The notes beneath the pieces were generated by a model. That model saw nothing but the letters and a program-made list of their open reading frames with translations. It had not been told where the DNA came from and made no database searches. Of a stretch of 64,000 nucleotides of DNA, positions 54,916-64,000 are shown piece after piece. The DNA is taken from assembly GCA_002269645.1 (NCBI GenBank), contig NIVC01000254.1, positions 587,877 to 651,876 on the forward strand, given 5' to 3'. Within the stretch, counting starts at the first letter, position 1, and every line of letters starts with the position of its first letter. This DNA comes from Macrostomum lignano (Eukaryota). A program made the position numbers and the translations under genes.

Positions 54916-55180
54916 GGGGTTGAAGCCTAGTGGTTAGGGCGTCGGACTTACCACTGAAAGGTCGGGGGTTCGATTCTCAACCTACTCGAAACAATGTGTC
55001 CTTGAGCAAGACACTTAACTCTGCTTTGCTTCAGTTCACCCAGCTGTAAAATGGGTGCCAGCATTAGCTGGGGGGTAAATGAGGGCGTGTGTGGCGATGG
55101 ACTGAACAGCCGTACGCAGCCTTCATATGCGCCGCGCAATAGCTTCGGCTGAGCTGTCGTTTCTATTAGGGCAGGTGTAA
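54916..55180 (+). mobile_element. tRNA-derived CORE-type SINE, copy 2
   Basis: GGGGTTGAAGCCTAGTGG...GGTTCGATTC, core TGTGTCCTTGAGCAAGACACTTAACTC...CTGTAAAATGGG, and the same 3' body as copy 1. Confidence 0.85.
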
Positions 55181-55322
55181 GCAACTTAGCTAGGATTTTT
55201 TATTTTTATTACAAAGAAGCGCTGCTTTACTACTTGCAGTAAAAGTTACTTCAAATATTTATCTAGTGCACCAAGCCAACCGCTGCCATCACCGACCTCT
55301 CGAACTTGATTGCAGACAGGAA

Positions 55323-58300
55323 ATGAGCTTCAACAGCGGAGGCGGATGCGAGCACCCGTTCAAGAAGCTGCGCAAAAAGTGCCTGAGTGCCGGCTGCCAG
55401 GAGTTAATCGCGCTAGGTGATCCGAGATGCACTGCATGTTCAACTGAAGACCCATTTGACTACTCGTGCGGCATCTGCGGTGATGCTGCAATGTGCGATC
55501 ATTCCAACGAAAAGTGTCAAAAGACATGCAAAAATTGCAAGACACCAGCAAAAAGCCTTGGTAGCAAGTTTTGCTCAGAATGTGGAAAGCAAAGAACTTT
55601 CGAAGTTGCTTGCAGCTGCCAAATCGGGGGCGAGTCAAGTTCAGTAACCTCCGCGGCGGCCCCAACTGGAACTCAGTCAAGAGATGCTACACCCACAAAT
55701 ATTAGTGCGCCTCAATCGACCGTGACTACAGAAGTTGGACAGACTGAATCAAAACCGGAAGCGCAACAGGAAGCCCCAGCGACGGCAAAGACCGGTGCAG
55801 ACTTGCCGATAGATGTGTCAAATTTGTCATTCTCACTGGTCAACCCGAGCCTAACAAAAAAGCCGCCGCCAGACAGAATCGATAATTCCACCCAGGAGAA
55901 ATCGCTACCCTATGCTCCTGAACCCGGCCAGCCGACCAAGTTTGAAATCGAAATGCAACCCAGAATGTCCCAGGACTTGACGACTAATCAGCCAGCTAAT
56001 CAACGTAAGTCAAGCCGGAAGAAGAAGCGGGCACCACAGCCGAAACCAGCTGAGCAAACCAAGGAGGCGACGAGTATGCCTACTGCTGATAGTAGTAAAA
56101 AAGCATCAAATATTTATGATCCAGGTAGCGAAGAAGCCAATAATCACTCCAGTCTGCTGCCGAGTGTCAAGGATTCGGGACCGGTCAACCGGGGCACCAA
56201 AGCGATAGACACTGACGAAGTAAAGCCAGATGAAGTTCCAGAGAAAAACCCCAGGCCGACTGATTATTTGAAGCTCGTTAAGAAAGATTATCCCAATGAG
56301 CCGCTACTAGAGGTTATTCTCAACTGCTATCTGGATAATGGATCCTTTGAATTCGATCCCGGAACTGACAGAGTATTGATAGTATTCAAAAAGCACGAAC
56401 TTGGAAATGACAACCCGGCAAAGAGTCCGTTCGTTTTCAAGCAAGAGTGCCTCATCGACCAGAACCATCAAAATACTGGGCTAAGCTACTGGCGCTCGTC
56501 ATTTTTGCTACCCAAGAAACTGCTGAAGGACGGTTTGGAGTACAGGTACGCGGTTGAAAAAAGCTCGACGTCAACTTGTCAAGAGGAGGCCGGCATCCGG
56601 CTGATGAAACATGATGGAACACAGCAGCACCTGCTGCAGCTTGATGCTCTGGTGACCTCGCCAACCCCGTCGAAGACCCCATCCAGAAGTATGGACGATG
56701 AATACAAACTGCAGCTTCGCCTTCTCGTGGACAGTGCGCTCGATGAGCTAAAGAGACTGCCACCGAAAACTGTTCTAAAGGCTGCTCAAGCGCGGCTTAA
56801 CGACCCAAAACTTCGTCGCAAAGATTTTCAACAAGAACGAATGAAGCAAGAGGTGAGTTTAACGAAAACATCATACGCTAACTTTTAAATCTCTTTTGGG
56901 TTGAATACATGACTTAATGATTTTTAATTTAGGAAATGGAGAGGCTGCTATCGGGACTGTGCGAATCACCGGACGATTTCGGATTCTCAACGGACGAAAA
57001 CCGGAGCTGGGAAAAATGGTTGCGAAACATCGACTTGTTTATTTTTCTAGTCTTTAACGGAGCTATAACTGGATCTGCAAATCTGGCGTCAGGAATTCAA
57101 CAAAACAATTTGAAGATTCTGCTGAAACTGATCTTGCCTCCGATTGACTGGAAACGTCAAACAGAAATCGCAAGGTAGAAATGCCAGTTTGACTAGTGCT
57201 CTATTTCCTATGCACTAAACATCCTTATCGTTGTCGAAAATAGTCACAACTTTCACATAATGCTAGTGTCTACAATGGTATGAGCTTGTAAGACGCAGGG
57301 GCTGTGTGCACCCTTAACGCACTTAAGTGATATTGTCACAATCAGTGAAAGGCGTTACTGCCCATTCCGCCGACTCCCCTGAGCAGGCACACAAGCGCGT
57401 GGATACGTACGCAGTCATACGCAACAGGCACACACTCACACAGGAGTGTACAGCGGTCATAACTTTATTTATCGTTAGGCATGTACACTGCGCCTTGGGA
57501 GTTTGCTCTCAAGGCCATTATTGCACGAGCAGAGCCAAGCCAAGATTCAAATGTAGCCTCAAATTAATGTGACTGCACTTGATCGCCTGGGCCGCTGGAA
57601 CATCATACGCCGCACTAGACCACTAGGCTACGCCCTCCTCATGCATGCCCCTTACCCATAGACGATGAGCATTTGTAAACTTAAACCGTCTCTTGGACGG
57701 TTAAACTTTGAAGGTCACCGTTTCCACCTCTTGGCCCGATGGAGCAACCGCTACATGTACTCGTAGTACAGAAGTGCTGAAGAGTCAACACTTTTTGTAG
57801 AATCGGCTTTACTACCCCATGGTAGGTTACGACTTCTGAAGCAACTTAACACACTTGATTGTGAGACAACGACTATGTAACCGTTTTTTTGGTAACTTGG
57901 CCTGTGTGCGCACCGGGGGCGGGGCGGAGGCTAGGTTAAGTTGTTTTGGTGTCTCTCAATCTCGCTCAATGTACTTTGCTAGCGAGGGGTGGGGATTACG
58001 GTGAGCCAGACCGTGAGCCAGTCGGCAAGGTTTTTCGTGTTTTTGAGCCACAATAAAGTTCTGATTTGATTTTATTTCAGTTTTATTTTCATAATTTTGA
58101 CCGTCATTATACATAGTGAAAGCAGTTGAGCTTTTTAAGTGTCGCAGATATATGGAAATCACATTTCAGAGAAACGATTGCTGATTTCGAAGAAGCGCTG
58201 AAAATTGTTGGAGAAGGCGATGTCAATCTGCTTGAGTACTTGTATGTGGCTCCGGCCTATCATATTCTACTGTTGAATGTAAAACCCTGGGGTTCTGATG

Positions 58301-61300
58301 GCATCGACGAAGTGTATAGTCAAATACCCAGCATTACTGACCGAAATTGGTGGGGCCTGCATCGGTTGACCGATAACTTTTGCCACCAAATTAAAAGACT
58401 CAGGTAAGCTTTGTTTATTTTTCTGCATATGAGTACAATTATGAGTATGTGCGGTATTGAGTACTGCGTTGCCTTTGTGGAATTGCTCACTTTGAGACCT
58501 CCGGATAGCAGGTTATGAAATTGAAGGTGTAAAAACACTCAAGACACGAGGCCGTTGTATGGTCAAATGCAAATCTATGGTCATGATGGAGACATTTTTA
58601 GCAGTCATAAGCTCTATAAAAAGTCTTCCATGAATTTTTTATGACTGGAAGGAAGCCATAGACTTTTAACCATAGACTAGGAATAATTAAACGGCCTTTA
58701 TGGTGTATAAAGTATAGCATTTCCCAGTCAATTTGGTCCTAGAAGCACTCAATTTAATCCGCAATAGAGAATTCCAATTCATTCCGCTGTCACTAGAGAT
58801 ATGTCTATGGCCAAGTATGCTGTTTCGTTCCACTCAATTTAATCCTGTGGGCACTTATTTCGCGTATTCATTTTAAAAGCTCTTACTTTTAAAGAAAAGA
58901 GATTGACGCATTGATTTGTAAGCATTAAGTTTTTCAGAATGAAGCTGGAATAAATTTACCATAATTTAGTCGACAAAACAAAACAAGGAAAACAGTAACA
59001 GTAGCAAAAAAGGAAACCTGAACAGGCATCAGAAACAACATCATCAAAGTTATAAAATGGGGTCACCCGCAATGCATCTAGGAATGAAGCGCATCATTTG
59101 GCGGTCCCATCCGCCGCATTTCGCAGCCGTAACCACGCCAGTCGATTCTTCGGCGATCCGGATTAGCACAGTGATTCCCCATTCCCCACAGAGTCATTTG
59201 TGGAGGTGGACCATCTAGCTCGACTTTGACTGCCGGAAGCAAGCCCTTACCAAGCACTTCATCGTAAACAATTGCTTGTCGAGCTTCCGAGCGATCGTAC
59301 TTTTTCTAACTTCTGCTAACTTTCCGAGTCACTCATTCTTGCTTATTAACGGCTTTTAAAATGAATACGCGAAATAAGTGCCCACAGGATTAAATTGAGT
59401 GGAACGAAACAGCATACTTGGCCATAGACATATCTCTAGTGACAGCGGAATGAATTGGAATTCTCTATTGCGGATTAAATTGAGTGCTTCTAGGACCAAA
59501 TTGACTGGGAAATGCTATACTATTTTATATTATATTCGAACAAGTTCCTACAGGGACCTCTGCGATGATTACCATAAATGGTAATAGCATTACTATCTGA
59601 TCCCACCTGATGGATATGAATATTTATTCCATTCTACCCATTAATATTCGCTAGGTACAACTTGGTTTGGCTGGACTCATTTCTGTCCAAGTACGGTCGG
59701 GTCGATCCTCTGCTGGGCCGACTTTGCGCCGCACTCACGAGAGACGATGCTCTGCCGGAACTGCTGAAGCTGCGGCATCTCTCCCTGGAGGTGAAGCTGG
59801 CCGTTGCTGCCTGTATTTTGCAGAGCAAAATTCCGATGCACCAAACCGGCCATTTTGAACAAATTATTGTGAGTTTGAGAAGAGAGCGAATGAATATAAA
59901 CCCGGACTGAAACACAAATAATCAAGCTTAGCTACTTAAAATTTGTAGGCCATCCTTGATGAACTTTCGGGTAATACTCTACTGGTGACGTCACCTAGAG
60001 CATTCCTTTTCATCGGCTTTGAGCTCGCTAATGCCGTTTTAAGGATGCCGCTTCGCTCAGTAAGAATGGAGGCGCTGGCCGTTGGTTTGAGTTTCAAATC
60101 TGTTCGCTTTGTTTTAATGCGCTACTTGACAGCCAGCCAGCGTGATGGACAGAAACGTCGCGAGGTACTGTCTGAAAATGAAAAGCGGCGCGCTAAAGAT
60201 GAACTTGAAAAGCTTCTGCAGGCTCTGGTGGATTATCATTGTGAATTTTTGAAGCGCAACGCAGTTACAGTTACCGTGCTGTTAGAGGTGAAACAAATTT
60301 CTATGCTATAAGAGCCTAAAATTGAACCTAAACCTAAAATGCAAGCGTTAATTTTTCCTTTACAGCAATTCAACGCTCTTCTCATTTTACCGTTGGACTA
60401 CCAAGACGGAAAGCTTCATAAAGGCATTCTGTCTATTTTAAGTTCAGGCCTACAATTGCTGTTGGATCAAATATCGACGGTATTTTATACAAACCTATTA
60501 CTTTTCTTTATGCTTCGGGGTCTTTATTCTCACACGAAAAGTTTTCAGTTGATAAAACGAATTTTCAGGAGGCTCTTCTTGAGCTTTTTAGTGAGAGGAG
60601 CGTCGAAATTTTCTCAACTCTGAGTGCCAATATAACCAAATCAGCGATCGAACTTCTGTTCAGCAGGCTGGAGTCCATGGAACAGGGAAGATACTTTTTT
60701 GAACAAATGGTAAGTTTACTTTTTGTTTGTTTTTGTCTTTAAGTACGACTCAAGATATTTGTATCTAATTCGATCAATTCATAAACTTCAGTCGACAACT
60801 TGGAAGGGGTTGCGAAGAATATTCAGAGAAGATCATCCGCACTTTTCGATCGCTTGTCAAGCATTGTCCAATGCTGTCATCAGCCTGAGGTCAAACAGAA
60901 TCGGCAGGTTTCAAGGGACGCACAAGGCCGATCCCAACCTCACTTTGGTGCTGGAATGGCCCCTTGCAGCCATGGTTATCGCTGATATGAGTAAGAACCG
61001 CTGAACTTATAATGCTTCTGAAACAACATGGTAAAATTTGTAGCGTATTACTGGTTTTTTAAACAGTACTAGCTAGAGTGACCCTTTTTAAAGGCTGTCT
61101 GCTGCGTACGCTGGGCACAAATCTACTTTCGAGTTGGGTGAGAGAAGATAGAACTGTACGTGTATCAGAGTTGTCCTCGACGCTCTGTCATCTCTCCAGC
61201 TATCGCAGGAACTATAATCTGACCTAAAAATTTCAGAACGCGCGTAGCAAGCAGTTTCAGAAGCTCTCAGAGGAGGCGCTGGCAATTATGAAGACCTGTT

Positions 61301-64000
61301 CCTCTACTGGCTCCAATTTAGTGGAGCGAATCGCTGCCGGTCCCGGGTTCGTACGCTACGGAGAAGTTGAACTCCTGTCCCGGCAACAAACCGGCCTAGA
61401 GTTCCTCGGCAACGTGTTTGATAAAAAAATTAATATTAAGAAACTTCTTCCTCAAGTGGAGGAGAGAAAGAGGCGCTTTGATTCAACTGTCACCGTCATG
61501 GAAAATCTTCTGAACTTGATTGTCGAGAAAGTTGATATGAGATTGGGTGAGTTCACTCTCGACATGGCCAACTCAATCAGAAGGGTGCTACACTCGTGAA
61601 TCGTGCAGATTGTAGAAACCATTTTTAGTATACTGAATTCCCAATATCTCACTTTTACTACCGAATCTCCCAATGAAGAGCTCGCAAGTTTGTCAAGGAA
61701 AAGTTAGAAAAAAGTCTTTGGAGGGTTCATCTGCTAAAAATGCAGTTATGCTCTCTAAATGGATATTTAAAACATTTAATTTTGTGCAAAATACTTGATA
61801 ATCTTGCAAGTGAAGTTCAAGATGCATTTCGTTAGCGAGATTTTCACGATTTGCGAGTAGCCTATGGCTCTTGAATTTTTAATAGGTCGTACGCTCGTAC
61901 CATAATAAACTGATTGTAACGAAAATTCCCTCACCATTTTAGTCAACTTAGACAACTTCAGACACCTGTTGGATAAGGAAAATTTAAACGGAACTAAATT
62001 TGACGAGCTAGTGGACATGGATCTTCCACAATATTACCTTCAGTTGAAACACTTCCAGCTTTTGGTTGGCCTTGAACCGACAATCCTCGCACTAATGAAC
62101 CGGTTCGATAACTTAATGCACAGTAGGACATTTGATGCTTCAGTTCAGGAGAAGATCAAGTTGAAGGCAAAAGAAGATGGGACTGACATGGGAGAAAAGC
62201 TAGACGTCCGTAGTCTGGTCCTCTGTCTGGCAGCTGCTGTTGACCACTGGGACGAAAAGGTGCTCAGCCTTCTCTCAGACGAAGCCACTTTGGAAACGGC
62301 GGAAAACTTTTTTGGCACTATCGCTCAGAACGATGACGAAAGTGAAATCAGAGCTGAGATCGAGTGCTTTAATCCTCAGCCGGCTGAACAAGAGTGGCTT
62401 GACTTCTTGCAGAGGTTTCTGTTCGCCAGGAAAATGTCCCGCAACTCGCAGGTGGCTGCTGCTATCATCCGGGTGATGGAAAAGTTTCAATTGAATCACA
62501 ATATAGAGTCTTTAAAGAGAGCTGTAAGAGTTGGAGAGGCCAGTGTAGCTGTACCGCTCAGAACCGTGAAACTAACGGAAATGAGCCAATTCGATTACCT
62601 CGACAAAGCTTCGAAAGAGAGCCGGTTCTTGCCACTAATGGACGCAATTGAATGCAGCCATGAACTCTGCATGTGGCTCAGAAGCAACGTCCCCTCTGTA
62701 AAAGAGGCAAAAACCTTTTTTGACTTAGCCATGGTTTACCTGGGAGATTCCGGTGATCTGGAGCAGAAAAAGATTGAAACATTCTACACCGTTGTGACTG
62801 AATTAGGAAACATTGTGTACGGCCTCGACGGGTCTGCTGGGCACGAGAAGAGTATCAATGAGTTTCTGCAGGACTGCCAGGAGATTTTTCAAAAATTAAA
62901 ACCTTAAGCCTAGCTTGATCAAAGACCTGAAAGAGACCAGCCAGAGACTCGACTGGATAAAAATAATCAAAGAAAACCAGGGCTCTGTAGAGAAGTCGAC
63001 TCTAAAGTCAATTGAAAAGATTCTCCAATGTGGCTCCATCGAGATCGGCTGCTATGTTACTAACGAAGAAAATTTTCAACTGAGAATTCATTCTACTGAT
63101 GCAGGAGTACAACAGGTACAACTTTTTCCGACTGTATTTAAACTCGAAGACGTGAAGGACTTACAGTCTAAGCTAATGCTTATTGCTGGCCAGACGTATG
63201 AGAACCAAGCTCTGCTCGATCGCTTTGTTCGACTAACCACAAGCATGTTTCGCTTAGTGGATGTGTACGGCGAGTTTAAGCAACAGTGCTGCATACTGTG
63301 CGAGCACATGTTTATGAGGTTTAACCTATTTACTAGGGCCGATGCCAATGCAATTATTGAGCTGCGGCTCAGCAACCAGGAGAGAACCCTGAGCTATAGG
63401 TATTTTGACGTAACTAGAGGATTAAAAGACTTTTCTCACGCGTTTTCCGACTGTCTCGAGGAATGGAAGGAGGAGGTGGCGCAGGCTCGGCGATTGCACT
63501 ACAATCTAAACTTTTTCAGTCTGAAGCAGATTCTACTTTTGCAGAGAGAACTGGCCCACCTGTTCAGGTGACAGGCACAGTGAGCAATCAGTGCTGAATT
63601 TGCTCGGCTACGTGTGTCCTGATTGTTCCGAGGACGATGTAAGAAGAGCAATACAGGAAACGAAACAGTCAGACAAAAAGAGAAAAAGCAGCCCGCTCCA
63701 AAAAGTAATCCACCTGCGCGGCAAAAAGACACGAATGAAAGCAACGGGCCTGTGACACTGCTTTTAAGCAAATCGAATGAGTACCTTAATACAACATCCA
63801 GCGATTTATCAAATTTTGAGAAAGTTGCGCAATTCCTAAATAGTATCGGAATTATCGAAGAGTTGGAAAAACCATATCCGGCGAGTTCAAGAGTAAGTTT
63901 AATGAAATAAAATTTTCGCAGTCAGCCTTGAGCCAAGTGAACAGCTCTTAGTACTGCTTGAGCTGTTTATCTTGCCTACCAATGTCTGCCACAGTATGAA
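55323..64000 (+). CDS. RNF213: RNF213/mysterin-like giant E3 ligase-AAA+ ATPase, 5' part only; possibly pseudogenising
   Basis: Phase-consistent exons 55323-56852, 56933-57174, 58140-58403, 59655-59868, 59949-60287, 60366-60479, 60569-60709, 60792-60990, 61094-61155, 61237-61546, 61943-~63895; five introns are 78-82 nt. RNF213-like motifs (recalled): KFCSECG, FEFDPGTDRV...LEYRYAV, LDWIKIIKENQGSVEKS, LQSKLMLIAG, ARRLHYNLNFFS. Frame breaks after 62897. Confidence 0.8.
57318..57635 (-). mobile_element. Degenerate SINE-like element (tRNA A box; 3' end shared with the LINE at 50840-50928)
   Basis: Minus strand begins GGGCGTAGCCTAGTGGTCTAG; no clear B box; 49 bp identical to 50880-50928. Confidence 0.5.
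58711..59521. mobile_element. Foldback/MITE-like element with perfect 170-bp terminal inverted repeats
   Basis: 58711-58880 is the exact reverse complement of 59352-59521 (checked base by base); 471-bp non-coding spacer; no clear TSD. Confidence 0.88.

Noticed and set aside
54916-54990. Functional tRNA gene
   Set aside because: The acceptor stem is not closed and the head runs into a SINE body that is repeated at 35093-35377.
62862-63648. Small introns (52 nt at ~62862-62913; 81 nt at 63568-63648) rescuing the RNF213 frame
   Set aside because: The splice signals are weak (GTTTCT donor; purine-rich GAAGAG acceptor) and they would delete segments that look homologous to RNF213.

Overview
Eukaryotic (animal) genomic DNA. 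GC-rich, Ala/Ser-rich exons, introns filled with private minisatellites and a class of ~80-nt introns resemble the flatworm Macrostomum; this taxonomy is inference only. The window opens with >=41.7 near-identical copies of a 197-bp unit (1-8207). Five spliced host genes follow, all on the + strand: an LRRC46-like LRR gene, a GRAMD1/Aster lipid-transfer gene, an alpha-arrestin (ARRDC-type) gene, a GT32 (SUR1/OCH1-like) glycosyltransferase, and the 5' part of an RNF213-like gene that shows frameshifts and a stop near the window end. Mobile DNA comprises a 3'-truncated Gypsy element with a tRNA-Leu PBS and a -1 frameshift pseudoknot, a young internally deleted Mag-like LTR element whose 3' LTR is split by a hAT transposon, two RNase H-bearing non-LTR fragments, two CORE-type tRNA SINEs, a degenerate SINE sharing sequence with a LINE, a foldback element with 170-bp perfect TIRs, and a small hairpin MITE. 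The most unusual candidates are (i) the 197-bp array, which parses as a repeated exon/intron module encoding a 29-aa peptide, (ii) a GRAMD1 frame that may need a spliced-leader AUG, and (iii) intronic minisatellites built from back-to-back AG|GT splice motifs. All analysis was by eye; no alignments or database searches were run, so family calls rest on remembered motifs.
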